From Candidatus Marinacidobacterium sp. (lineage in GTDB: Bacteria > Acidobacteriota > Vicinamibacteria > Marinacidobacterales > Marinacidobacteraceae): a stretch of DNA of 64,000 nucleotides. The stretch lies in contig OZ244852.1 of NCBI GenBank assembly GCA_965220965.1, positions 1,216,001-1,280,000 on the forward strand, in the 5' to 3' direction. The first letter of the stretch is position 1. Each line of letters starts with the position of its first letter. Of the stretch, positions 34,691-44,007 are shown piece by piece. The notes under the pieces are model-generated. The model did not search any database and was not told where the DNA came from. It saw only the letters and a program-made list of their open reading frames with translations. The position numbers and the translations under genes are program-made.

Positions 34691-35942
34691 GCCGGGCCAC
34701 GTGGTCCTCGATCTCGGCGAGACGGCTCATGAGATCGTAGGTTCCGTGCCACTGGACGAAGTCGGCCCCGTCCATGAACGCCCCGTGCTTGACCGATCGC
34801 CCGGCGAAGTGCCACGCGTCGAAGAGCATGAAATCGAGCGCCTCGTCGAACGGCGCGGGGGTGAGCGCCCCTGATTGCTGGAGCTCGGCGACCCGCTCCA
34901 TGAGCGTTCCCACGCGGACGTTCGTGTCCTCGACCACGGCCTCCGCCTCGGCGTAGAACCGCTCGACGTGGCCCGCCGAGTGGCACTTCAGGCAGATGCC
35001 CTGCATCTCGGCCTGGGCGCCGACGTAGTTGGGGCGCTTCTCCGAGACCGGGGCGAACAGCGTCCACGACAGCCGCTCGGTCACGTCGTGCGTCACCTCC
35101 GCGCCGTCCAGCCCGCTGAGATGGCAGGTGGAGCAGGTCGGGATCGGCATGTCGAAGGACGTGAGCGCCTGCGGGTCGGCGTCGAGATTCATCGCGCTTC
35201 GCTGCGCCGCGAACAGGACTCCGTGCTTCGACTCCTCGTAGATCTCCTTCTGCGGATGGTCCGGACCCATGTGGCACTGCCCGCAGGTCTCGGGGGAGCG
35301 GGCGAGCGCGATCGAGGTGGAGTGCCGGCTGTGGCACGCCGTGCAGGACCCGACGGATCCATCGGCGTTCGGCTTGCCGATGTTGTGGCAGGCGAGGCAC
35401 CCGGCGGTCACCGTCGCCTCGCCCTCGACGCCCACCAGCGGATTGGGCGCCCGCCGGACCGCTCCCGGATGGATGCGTTCCGCCGCATCGATGAGACCCG
35501 CCGGAAAGGCTTCCGGATACCCCTCGGTCCCCATCACCGCGGCGTAGGACGGCAACGCGTGACGGCTCGCCGTGAACTGCCGGTACTCGTCGGCGTGACA
35601 CCCCTGGCACGCCAGCGCGGTCGCCTCGGTCGAGAGGTCGAACCCGTGGTGGAGCTCGACCTCCTGCCCCGGGAGCGCCCGGTGGCAGTCGAGGCACGTC
35701 ACCCCGGCCGCCGAGTGGGCGCTCTTCTCGAACTGGGCGACGATGGCCCCGGTCTCCTGCCGGTGACAGGACGCGCACTCGCCGCGAGCGCGCACCACCT
35801 GCGGCGTCAGGGCGCCCCCCGGCCCGCGGTCGGGACGCGCGAGATGAAGCCCGACGGCAAGGACGACCAGAAACCCCGCCGCCGAAGCGACGAGCACCAG
35901 ATCGCGAAAACGGATACGCCTCAAGACCTCTTTACCCACCAT
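34677..35942 (-). CDS. Octaheme c-type cytochrome, hydroxylamine oxidoreductase (HAO) family, with N-terminal membrane anchor
   Basis: Eight CxxCH motifs (CASCH, CLDCH, CQGCH, CLACH, CTACH, CGQCH, CSTCH, CLKCH); HAO-family signature CGQCHMGPDHPQKEIYEESKHG; ATG at 35942. Confidence 0.9.
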   Translation of the reverse strand: MVGKEVLRRIRFRDLVLVASAAGFLVVLAVGLHLARPDRGPGGALTPQVVRARGECASCHRQETGAIVAQFEKSAHSAAGVTCLDCHRALPGQEVELHHGFDLSTEATALACQGCHADEYRQFTASRHALPSYAAVMGTEGYPEAFPAGLIDAAERIHPGAVRRAPNPLVGVEGEATVTAGCLACHNIGKPNADGSVGSCTACHSRHSTSIALARSPETCGQCHMGPDHPQKEIYEESKHGVLFAAQRSAMNLDADPQALTSFDMPIPTCSTCHLSGLDGAEVTHDVTERLSWTLFAPVSEKRPNYVGAQAEMQGICLKCHSAGHVERFYAEAEAVVEDTNVRVGTLMERVAELQQSGALTPAPFDEALDFMLFDAWHFAGRSVKHGAFMDGADFVQWHGTYDLMSRLAEIEDHVARRGSE

Positions 35943-36038
35943 GTCACACAACCTAGCGCGCTCCGTCAGGAGGCGCAAACGCCGGCCCGAAGCGCGGAGG
36001 TTCCGCGAGGGGGGTCCTCCTCCTATGCTCTCCGCCCC

Positions 36039-37481
36039 ATGCGCCGTCTCTTCGTCCTCTCCCTGTTGCTGCTCGTTCCTGGTCTGGCCGGCGGCCAGCC
36101 CCCGGACCCGCCGAGCTTTCCGGGTGACCGACACGAGCTCGCGGAGGACTACCGCGAGGTCGCCGGCCGGATCCTCGGCGCGGCGCTCACCGACGTGGAC
36201 GGCTGGGAGAAGCTGGAGCACCTGTCGCTCCGGATCGGGCATCGCCTCAGCGGTTCGGAGGGCCTCGAGCGCGCCATCGAATGGGCCGCGACGCTCATGC
36301 GCGAGGAGGAGCTCGACCGGGTTCACCTCCAGCCGGTCATGGTCCCGCACTGGGTCCGGGGGCCCGCGCGGGCGACGCTGCTGACCCCGATGGAGGACGA
36401 CCTTCCCATCCTCGCGCTCGGCGGCAGCGTCGCCGCGCCGCCGGGCGGCGTCACCGCCGATGTGGTGGTGGCCCGCTCGTTCGAGGAGCTCGCCGCGATG
36501 CCCGACGAGGCGGTCGAGGGGAAGATCGTGGTCTGGGCGGTCCCCTGGATGGGCTACGGCGGCACTGGCGCCTACCGCCGCATGGGCGCCGCCCGCGCCG
36601 CCGCGAAGGGCGCGGTGGCGAGCCTCGTCCGCTCGGCCACCGGCCGCAGTCTGAATACCCCCCACACCGGGAACATGGCCTACGAGGAGGGCGTCCCCCG
36701 GATCCCGGCGGCGGCCCTCACGGTGGAGGATGCGGAGCGCCTGCGGCGGCTCGACGACCTCGGACAGCCGATCCGGATCCGGCTCGAACTGGAGGCCGAG
36801 ACGCTTCCCGACGCGCTCTCCCACAACCTGATGGCCGAAATCACCGGCAGCGAACTCCCCGACGAGGTCGTCGTCATGGGAGGGCACTACGACTCGTGGG
36901 ACGTGGGGCACGGCGTCCACGACGACGGCGCCGCGTGTCTCGCGGCGTGGCACGGGCTGACGCTGCTCCGGCGGCTGGGGCTGCGGCCGCGGCGCACCCT
37001 GCGGGTCGTCCTCTGGACGAACGAGGAGAACGGCCTCCGGGGCGGCGCGGCCTACCGCGAGTTCGTGGGAGACGCGATCGCCGACCACGTCGCCGCCATC
37101 GAAATGGACGGCGGCGCGGAGCGGCCGGTGGGGTTCGGGGTCGGACTGCGCTGGGTCGGAGAAGGGCCGGAAGCCGACGCCGCCTACGGGGAAGCGCTCT
37201 CCATCCTCCGTCCCATCGGGAGCCTCTTCTCGGCCATCGACGCGGACGCCATGACCCGGGGCGGCGGAGGCGCCGACATCGGGCCGCTGATGGCGGACGG
37301 CGTCCCCGGGCTCGGGTTCCGCACGGTGGGGGAGCACTACTTCGACTGGCATCACACCGCAGCCGACACGCTCGACAAACTGGATCCCGACCACTTCCGC
37401 CGCGCGACCGGCATGCTGGCGACCCTCGGATTCATCCTCGCCGACATGCCGGGGCGGCTGCCGCACGGAGCCCGTCCCTGA
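36039..37481 (+). CDS. M28-family metallopeptidase (carboxypeptidase Q-like, PA domain), secreted
   Basis: Signal peptide; IGHRLSGS, GGHYDSWDVG.G.HDDG, NEENGLRG, YFDWHHT.ADT. Confidence 0.9.
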   Translation: MRRLFVLSLLLLVPGLAGGQPPDPPSFPGDRHELAEDYREVAGRILGAALTDVDGWEKLEHLSLRIGHRLSGSEGLERAIEWAATLMREEELDRVHLQPVMVPHWVRGPARATLLTPMEDDLPILALGGSVAAPPGGVTADVVVARSFEELAAMPDEAVEGKIVVWAVPWMGYGGTGAYRRMGAARAAAKGAVASLVRSATGRSLNTPHTGNMAYEEGVPRIPAAALTVEDAERLRRLDDLGQPIRIRLELEAETLPDALSHNLMAEITGSELPDEVVVMGGHYDSWDVGHGVHDDGAACLAAWHGLTLLRRLGLRPRRTLRVVLWTNEENGLRGGAAYREFVGDAIADHVAAIEMDGGAERPVGFGVGLRWVGEGPEADAAYGEALSILRPIGSLFSAIDADAMTRGGGGADIGPLMADGVPGLGFRTVGEHYFDWHHTAADTLDKLDPDHFRRATGMLATLGFILADMPGRLPHGARP

Positions 37482-38365
37482 CACCGCCAGCCACGCCGCT
37501 CACCCCCTCGGGGTTCGGACTCGCGCTTCGGGGGGTCCGGCTGGAGGAGGCGGACGCGGAAGCGCTCGCCGGGCTGCGCCGGCTCTGGCTGCGTTCGGGC
37601 GGCCTTCTCGCGCTCCCGGGACAGCGGGAGCTCTCCCCCGAGGCCTTTCTGCGGTTCTGCCGGGCCTTCGGCTCCCTCGAACACAACGAGAAGTACGACC
37701 CGGACTTCCTGCTCCCCGGCCATCCGGAGATCCTCCGGCTGGGGAACCTGCGGGAGAACGGCCGGTACCGGTCGCTCTTCGTCCGCTCCGAGCCGGGGGA
37801 CATCCAGTGGCACACCGACGACAGCTTCCGCTGCCCGCAGCCCGCCGGATCCATCTTCCACTGCCTGCGCCACCCCGAGTCCGGCGGCGGCACCTGGTTC
37901 GCCGGGATGGCGCACGCCGCGAGGGCGCTCCCCGCGGGGCTGCGGGCCCGGGTGGAGGGCCGCTTCGCCGTCCATTCCTACGCCTTCCTGGACGACATCC
38001 TCCGCCGCACGAATCCGCACCGGCGCCCCCTCCCCCTCGAGGTGCGCCGCGCCCACCCGGCGGTCGTGCGTCCCCTCCTGTTGTCCCATCCGGAGACCGG
38101 CGAGGAGACGCTGTGCATCCCCGACTGCCACATCTCCTCGATCAGCGGCATGGGGGACGACGAGGCGCGGGCCCTGCTGGCCGAGCTCCTCGCTCATGCG
38201 ACCGGGCCCGACTTCACCGTCTGCTACCCGTGGCGCCCGGGCGATGTCGCCGTCTGGGACAACCGCTCCGCGATGCACGCCGGGTCGCCGTTCGAAGAGA
38301 CCCGCCCCCGCCTCCTCCACCGCGTCACGTTCGCCGGCCCCGACGCCTTGCTGACGCCGGGTTGA
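37478..38365 (+). CDS. TauD/TfdA-family Fe(II)/2-oxoglutarate dioxygenase
   Basis: WHTD (HxD), GGGTWFAGM, HPETG, W.PGD..VWDNR..MH...R; probable CTG start overlapping the upstream stop. Confidence 0.85.
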   Translation: MTPPATPLTPSGFGLALRGVRLEEADAEALAGLRRLWLRSGGLLALPGQRELSPEAFLRFCRAFGSLEHNEKYDPDFLLPGHPEILRLGNLRENGRYRSLFVRSEPGDIQWHTDDSFRCPQPAGSIFHCLRHPESGGGTWFAGMAHAARALPAGLRARVEGRFAVHSYAFLDDILRRTNPHRRPLPLEVRRAHPAVVRPLLLSHPETGEETLCIPDCHISSISGMGDDEARALLAELLAHATGPDFTVCYPWRPGDVAVWDNRSAMHAGSPFEETRPRLLHRVTFAGPDALLTPG

Positions 38366-38439
38366 GGACAAACCGAAACGTGGGAAACTATCCGGCTGCA
38401 GTCACACAGCCCACAGATCAACTCCCGGAGACCCGACCC

Positions 38440-39459
38440 ATGACCCGCACCCGGATCGCAGTCCTCGCCGTCACCGCGCTCGCCGTTGCGGCGCCGCTTT
38501 ACGCCCAGCACGACACGAGCAACCCCTTCCGCCCGGTCTACGGCTGGGGCGAGCTGCCCGAGGGGCGCGCGTGGGGCTCCACCAGCGCCGTCGAGATCGC
38601 GCTCGACGGGAACATCTGGGTCGCCGAGCGCTGCGGCCAGAACAGTTGCGTCGGCTCCGACGTGGATCCGATCCTGCTGTTCGACAAGGAGGGCAACCTG
38701 CTTCGCAGCTTCGGCGGCGGCCTGATCGCGTGGCCCCACGGGATCGATGTCGACCACGAGGGGAACGTGTGGGTGACCGACGCCTGGCGGACCGGCGCGA
38801 CCACCACCGGCCACACGGTGCTCAAGTTCTCGGCGGAGGGCGAACTGCTGATGACGATCGGCACTCCCGGCGTGGCCGGCGATCCGCCGAACCACCTCAC
38901 CCAGCCGTCCGATGTGGTCGTCGCGCCGAACGGCCAGTTCTACGTCGCCGACTCGCACGACCGCACCCGCGGCCGGATCGTCCGCTACAGCGCCGACGGG
39001 GAGTACATGGAGACCTGGGGCGAACTCGGTTACGGACCGAAGCAGTTCCGGGACCCCCACGCGCTCGCGATGGACTCGCAGGGGCGGATCTTCGTGGGAG
39101 ACCGCTACAACAACCGCATCCAGATCTTCGATCAGGAGGGCGAGTTCCTCGCCATCTGGACGCAGTTCGGCCGGCCGAGCGGGATCTACATCGACGCCGA
39201 GGACAACATCTACGTGGCCGACTCCGAGTCGAGCCCCGCGCCCAACGAGTACACCGGGCAGCGCAACGCCGGATGGGAGAAAGGGATCCGCATCGGCGAC
39301 GCCCGCATGGGCTGGGTCCACCACTTCCTGCCCGATGACCGGGCCAACGTAATGGGCTTCAGCGGACCCGAGGGCGTCGCGGTCGACGACGAGGGGAACG
39401 TCTACGGCGCCGAGGTCTCCCAGCAGCGCATCACCAAGTGGGTGCGGTTCCGTCCGTAA
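38440..39459 (+). CDS. Secreted NHL-repeat beta-propeller (peptidyl-alpha-hydroxyglycine amidating lyase-like)
   Basis: Signal peptide; PHGIDVDHEGNVWVTD, PSDVVVAPNG.FYVAD, PHALAMDSQGRIFVGDRYNNRIQIFD. Confidence 0.85.
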   Translation: MTRTRIAVLAVTALAVAAPLYAQHDTSNPFRPVYGWGELPEGRAWGSTSAVEIALDGNIWVAERCGQNSCVGSDVDPILLFDKEGNLLRSFGGGLIAWPHGIDVDHEGNVWVTDAWRTGATTTGHTVLKFSAEGELLMTIGTPGVAGDPPNHLTQPSDVVVAPNGQFYVADSHDRTRGRIVRYSADGEYMETWGELGYGPKQFRDPHALAMDSQGRIFVGDRYNNRIQIFDQEGEFLAIWTQFGRPSGIYIDAEDNIYVADSESSPAPNEYTGQRNAGWEKGIRIGDARMGWVHHFLPDDRANVMGFSGPEGVAVDDEGNVYGAEVSQQRITKWVRFRP

Positions 39460-39495
39460 CGGACACGCAGCGCGCCGGGCGGCGCCGTCCCGGGT

Positions 39496-40170
39496 TCAGG
39501 CGTGGAGCACGCCGTGGTCGAGCCGGAGACGCCGGTCGGCGCGGGCCGCCACCGACGGGGAGTGGGTGGCGAGGATCGACGTCAGGTGATGCCGGGCGTG
39601 GAGGGCGACGATCAGGTCCACGAGCTGGCGGCTCGAGTCGTCGTCCAGGTTCCCGGTCGGTTCGTCGGCGATCAGCAGCGCCGGGGCGCCGGTAAGGGCG
39701 CGGGCCACCGCCACCCGCTGCTGTTCGCCGCCGCTCAGCTCCTCGGGACGGTGGGCGAGCCGGTCGCCGAGCCCCAGTTCCTCGAGGAGCTGGATCGCCC
39801 GGGCCTCGGCGGCGCGGCGGGAGACCCGACGGATCCGGAGCGGCAGCGAGGCGTTTTCCACCGCGCTCAGCTCCGGGAGCAGCCGGTGGTGCTGGAACAC
39901 GAACCCGACCGTCCGGTTGCGGAACCGGGCCGCCTCCCGCTCCGGGAGCCCGCCGACCTCGGTTCCCGCCAGCCGGAGCGTCCCGGCGTCGGGCCGATCC
40001 AGCGCCCCGAGGACGTGGAGGAGCGTCGTCTTCCCGACGCCGCTGCGGCCCATGACCGCGACCATCTCGCCCTCGGCGACCTCGAGGTGCAGCTCGCGGA
40101 GCACGGTGATCCGGCCGGCGCCGTCGCCGAACCCGCGGGAGAGGCCGCGGGCCTCCACCAGGTGGTTCAC
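39496..40170 (-). CDS. lolD: Lipoprotein-releasing ABC transporter ATP-binding protein
   Basis: [44 protein letters not shown]; follows a LolC/E permease. Confidence 0.9.
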   Translation of the reverse strand: MNHLVEARGLSRGFGDGAGRITVLRELHLEVAEGEMVAVMGRSGVGKTTLLHVLGALDRPDAGTLRLAGTEVGGLPEREAARFRNRTVGFVFQHHRLLPELSAVENASLPLRIRRVSRRAAEARAIQLLEELGLGDRLAHRPEELSGGEQQRVAVARALTGAPALLIADEPTGNLDDDSSRQLVDLIVALHARHHLTSILATHSPSVAARADRRLRLDHGVLHA

Positions 40171-41462
40171 TGGAACCGGAGGGCGTCGGTGACCACCAGC
40201 GAAGCCGCCCGCCGCGCCGGGTAGAGCGTGGCCGCGAAGCAGACGATCGGCGCGAAGAGGCAGACGAGCGCCAGATCCCCGGGCAGGAGGGTGAACGGCA
40301 CCGCGGTGATCTGGTAGACGTCCTCGGGGATCGTGATCCGACCGTCGAGGATCTCGCAGGCGAGGATCCCGAGGCCCGCGCCGAGGGCGGTGCCGGCGAG
40401 CCCGATGACCGCCCCCTGGGCCATGAAGAGCGCCATGACGCTCCGCCGGGTCGCGCCCATCGAGCGCAGCACCGCGATGTCCCGGGTCTTCTCGGTGACG
40501 GTCACGATCTGGCCCGCCACGATGTTGAGCGCCGCCACCCCCACGATGAAGCCCACGAACAGCGCGGTGGCCAGCTTCTCCAGCCAGAACGCCGAGAAGA
40601 GCGTCGTGTTCATGTCGATCCAGTTCAGGGCGGCGTAGCCGGGGCCGAGCGTCTCGCGGACCTCCGCCTCGAGTTCGCGCACGCCGAACATGTCCTCGAC
40701 GCGGGCCTCCACATGGCTCACCGCGCCCGCGTTCCCCGCGAGCCGCTGGGCCTCGCCCAGCGGGATGAGCGCCCAGCCGTTGTCGTAGTCGTAGAGCCCC
40801 AGCCGGAAGGACCCCGCGACCCGGAACCGGCGGCTCGCGGGGATGGCGCCGACCGGCGTCAGCCGCCCCTCCGGCACGACGAGCCGCACGGGATCGCCCA
40901 GCGTGACGCCGAGCGCCAGCGCCAGCTCCTCGCCGAGGACCACCGGCGGTGGTTCGCCCGAATGGTCGGCGCCGAGGTCCGCGAAGTCGCCCGAAGTCAT
41001 CCGGGAGGCGAACTCGCTGACCCGGGGCTCGCGTTCCGCGTCCACGCCCTTGAGGGTGACGAGCGCCGAGCGCCGCCCGAGCGCCAGCGCCTTGCCGTAG
41101 ACCACCGGAGCGGCGGCCTCGACGCCGGGGACCGCCTCGATCGTGGCGGTCACGTCGCGGTAATCGGTGAAGCCCTCCACCGAGAGGTCATAGACCGAAA
41201 GGTGCGCCAGCGCCCCCAGGATCCGGGCCCGGAGCTCTCCCTGGAAGCCGGTCATGATCGCGAGCGCGACGAGCAGGATCGCCACGCCGAGAACGACGCC
41301 CAGCGCCGAGATCGCGGAGATGACCGAGATGAACATCCCCTTCTGGCGCAGCATGAGGTAGCGCGCCGCGATCTGCAGCTCGAACGGAAGCGACCCGCCG
41401 AGGCCGGAGAGGAGGCGTCGGGGGCGCCGGTCTCCGCGTCGGGCGTCCGGGGCCTCGCTCAC
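40167..41462 (-). CDS. lolE: Lipoprotein-releasing ABC transporter permease LolC/E
   Basis: [46 protein letters not shown]; GTG start overlapping the lysS stop. Confidence 0.88.
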   Translation of the reverse strand: MSEAPDARRGDRRPRRLLSGLGGSLPFELQIAARYLMLRQKGMFISVISAISALGVVLGVAILLVALAIMTGFQGELRARILGALAHLSVYDLSVEGFTDYRDVTATIEAVPGVEAAAPVVYGKALALGRRSALVTLKGVDAEREPRVSEFASRMTSGDFADLGADHSGEPPPVVLGEELALALGVTLGDPVRLVVPEGRLTPVGAIPASRRFRVAGSFRLGLYDYDNGWALIPLGEAQRLAGNAGAVSHVEARVEDMFGVRELEAEVRETLGPGYAALNWIDMNTTLFSAFWLEKLATALFVGFIVGVAALNIVAGQIVTVTEKTRDIAVLRSMGATRRSVMALFMAQGAVIGLAGTALGAGLGILACEILDGRITIPEDVYQITAVPFTLLPGDLALVCLFAPIVCFAATLYPARRAASLVVTDALRFQ

Positions 41463-43009
41463 GACTCCTCCCGGGGCCGCAGGTGCGGGAACAGGATGAC
41501 GTCCCGGATCGCGGCCGAGTCGGTGAGGAGCATGGCGAGCCGGTCCACGCCGACGCCGACCCCGCCGGTGGGCGGCAGACCGTGGCGGAGCGCCTCGATG
41601 TAGTCGCGGTCCATGGCGTGTTCCTCGCCTCCCTGTCGCCGGGCGATCTGCTCGCCGAAGCGCGCCGCCTGCTCGTCCGGGTCGTTCAGCTCGGAGAACC
41701 CGTTCGCAATCTCGAGGCCACCGACGAACAGCTCGAACCGCTCGGTGAACCCGGGAACGTCGGGGTCCGCCTTGGAGAGCGGGGACACCTCGACCGGGTA
41801 GCCGGTCACGAATGTGGGCTGGATGAGGCTGCGCTCGCAGAGCGCCTCGAACAGGCTGAGCAGCAGCTTGCCCGGGCCCGCCGGCGGCGGGGGCGGAACG
41901 AGATCCAGCTCGCGGTGGAGCTCGGCGAGCCTCGCGGCGTCGCCCAGCTCTTCGGGCGCCAGGTCGAAACCGCGCTCCGCGAGCGCCCCGAGCGTCGCGC
42001 CCGAGAGCGTGGCCCGGGCGAAGGGCGGCTGGAAGGCGATCTCGTGCTCCCCGAACCGGACCGGACCCGCGCCCCGCACCTCCGCGGCGGCCGCCGCGAC
42101 CAGCCGCTCGGTGAGGTCCATCATGAAGGCGCAGTCGCTGAAGGCCCGGTAGAACTCGAGCATCGTGAACTCCGGGTTGTGCCGCGTCGACAGGCCCTCG
42201 TTCCGGAAGTTGCGGTTGATTTCGTAGACGCGGGGGAAGCCGCCCACCACGAGGCGCTTCAGGTAGAGCTCGGGGGCGACCCGCAGGAACAGGTCGATGC
42301 CGAGCGCCTGGTGGTGCGTCTGGAACGGGCGGGCCGCGGCGCCGGTCGCGAGCGGCTGGAGCATCGGCGTCTCGACCTCGAGGAAGCCCTCGCCGTCCAT
42401 GAACCGCCGCAGCGCGGCCACCAGGCGCGCCCGGCGGAGGAAGACCTCCCGGGTCGCCGGGTTGGAGAGCAGGTCGAGGTAGCGCTGGCGGTAGCGGGTG
42501 TCGCGGTCGGTCAGGCCGTGCCACTTCTCCGGAAGCGGAAGGAGCGCCTTGGAGAGGAACGTCACCCGGTCGGCGCGCACCGTGAGTTCGTCGGAGCGCG
42601 TCCGGAACACCGGCCCTTCCACCCCGATCCAGTCGCCGTGGTCCAGCAGGCGGGTGATCCGGAAGTCGCGTTCCGGGAGCACGTCCTTGCGAACGTGCGC
42701 CTGGAGCGTCCCCTGCCCCTCGGCGAGGCGCAGGAACGCGGCCTTGCCGAACGACCGGATGGCGGCGACGCGGCCCGCGACCCGGACCTCGCGGTCGGTC
42801 TCGGGCGACTCCTCGAGCGCCGCGCCGTCGAGCCCGCCGAACGCCGCATGGACCGCTTCGAGCGTGTGGCTCGCGTCGAAGCGGTTCGGCCACGCCGCAA
42901 CGCCGAGTTCGCGGATCTGCGCCAGCTTCTCCCGGCGGTTGGCCTCGTCGCGGCCGGGAGCGCTCGCGCCCGCCGGAGGTCGCCGACCGGCCGCGCCCTC
43001 GCCGGTCAC
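41459..43009 (-). CDS. lysS: Lysine--tRNA ligase (class II)
   Basis: PLPEKWHGL, RYRQRYLDL, FLEVETPML, FRNEG.STRHNPEFTMLE, GLPPTGG.GVGVDRL, IRDVILFP. Confidence 0.97.
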   Translation of the reverse strand: MTGEGAAGRRPPAGASAPGRDEANRREKLAQIRELGVAAWPNRFDASHTLEAVHAAFGGLDGAALEESPETDREVRVAGRVAAIRSFGKAAFLRLAEGQGTLQAHVRKDVLPERDFRITRLLDHGDWIGVEGPVFRTRSDELTVRADRVTFLSKALLPLPEKWHGLTDRDTRYRQRYLDLLSNPATREVFLRRARLVAALRRFMDGEGFLEVETPMLQPLATGAAARPFQTHHQALGIDLFLRVAPELYLKRLVVGGFPRVYEINRNFRNEGLSTRHNPEFTMLEFYRAFSDCAFMMDLTERLVAAAAAEVRGAGPVRFGEHEIAFQPPFARATLSGATLGALAERGFDLAPEELGDAARLAELHRELDLVPPPPPAGPGKLLLSLFEALCERSLIQPTFVTGYPVEVSPLSKADPDVPGFTERFELFVGGLEIANGFSELNDPDEQAARFGEQIARRQGGEEHAMDRDYIEALRHGLPPTGGVGVGVDRLAMLLTDSAAIRDVILFPHLRPREES

Positions 43010-43470
43010 CCTGTCACCTCACCGGGCTGCGGTTCCGGTTCCGGCTCACCCTCCGGACCGAAACCCTGGATCACCGCGTCCACGACCGCGTGGATGAAGC
43101 TGGTGGAAGCCTCGCCGGCGTAGCGCCGGGCGACTTCGACCGCCTCGGTCAGGACCACGCGGGGAGGCGCGCTGCCGACGAGCAGTTCCGCGACCGCAAC
43201 GCGCAGGACGCTCCGCTCCACGCGGCCCATGTTGTCCCGCCACCACGGCCGGGTGGCCTCGCCGACCCGGCGATCGATCTCGGGGAGGCGCTCCCAGGCC
43301 GCGCGCGCCAGCGTCCCGGCGAACTCGAGGTGGGCGGCGCTGGCGCGGGTCAGCGCCCCGACGTCGCGGATGATCTGCTCACCGGGCGCCGGGTTGGCCT
43401 CCCACGAGGAGAGCATCTGCGCCGCCAGTTCCCGGCCGCGCCGGCGCCGCCTCGCCGTCTTCGAGTCCAT
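43006..43470 (-). CDS. nusB: Transcription antitermination factor NusB
   Basis: Arg-rich N-terminus RRRGRELA.Q.L, VERSVLR.AV.EL, EAVE.AR.Y...F..AV.D; adjacent to ribH. Confidence 0.85.
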   Translation of the reverse strand: MDSKTARRRRRGRELAAQMLSSWEANPAPGEQIIRDVGALTRASAAHLEFAGTLARAAWERLPEIDRRVGEATRPWWRDNMGRVERSVLRVAVAELLVGSAPPRVVLTEAVEVARRYAGEASTSFIHAVVDAVIQGFGPEGEPEPEPQPGEVTG

Positions 43471-43482
43471 GGGGGAATCGTC

Positions 43483-44007
43483 TCACGCGGATCCCGGGGC
43501 CGATCCATCGACCGGACCGAGATCCACCGGCCGGCCGCGGGTCTGCGACGCGCGGGCTCGCAGCAGCCCGGCGACCGCGCGGGCGGCGTCCTCGCCCCGG
43601 TTCCCCTTCGCTCCCCCGGAGCGCGCCTCCGCCTGTTCCGGAGTGTCCACCGTGAGCACCGCGTTCCCGACCGGGACGCCGGTGCGGACCGCGACCTCGA
43701 GCAGCGAGGCGGTCACCGCCGCCGCCAGGTGGCGGTCGTGCGAGGTCTCGCCCCGGACGATCGAGGCGCACGCCACGACCCCGTCCACCTCGCCCTCCGC
43801 CGCCAGCCAGGCGGTGAACTGCGCCACCTCGAAGGCGGCGGGAACGCCGTGACGGTCCACGCGGGCGCCCCGCTTCTCGAGCCAGGCGCAGGCGGCGTCG
43901 GCGAGGCGCGCCGAGGCGGCGTCGCGCTCCGAGGCCACGACCCCGATCCGGCGCCCCTCGAGGGGCGAGGCTTCCGGAGCGGACCGGGGGGCGGCGTCAG
44001 CGGCCAC
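43483..44007 (-). CDS. ribH: 6,7-dimethyl-8-ribityllumazine synthase (divergent)
   Basis: VP.AFE, VRGET.H, GVPVGN.VLT.DT.EQA..RSG...GNRG..AA; ribH-nusB synteny; GTG start at 44007. Confidence 0.82.
   Translation of the reverse strand: MAADAAPRSAPEASPLEGRRIGVVASERDAASARLADAACAWLEKRGARVDRHGVPAAFEVAQFTAWLAAEGEVDGVVACASIVRGETSHDRHLAAAVTASLLEVAVRTGVPVGNAVLTVDTPEQAEARSGGAKGNRGEDAARAVAGLLRARASQTRGRPVDLGPVDGSAPGSA

Noticed and set aside
34677-37484. 935-aa and 868-aa overlapping ORFs as real N-terminal fusions
   Set aside because: The extensions are antisense read-through of the divergent neighbour; the real starts are 35942 (-) and 36039 (+). The same applies to the extended ORFs for lolE, frr, rpsI and the CoA transferase.
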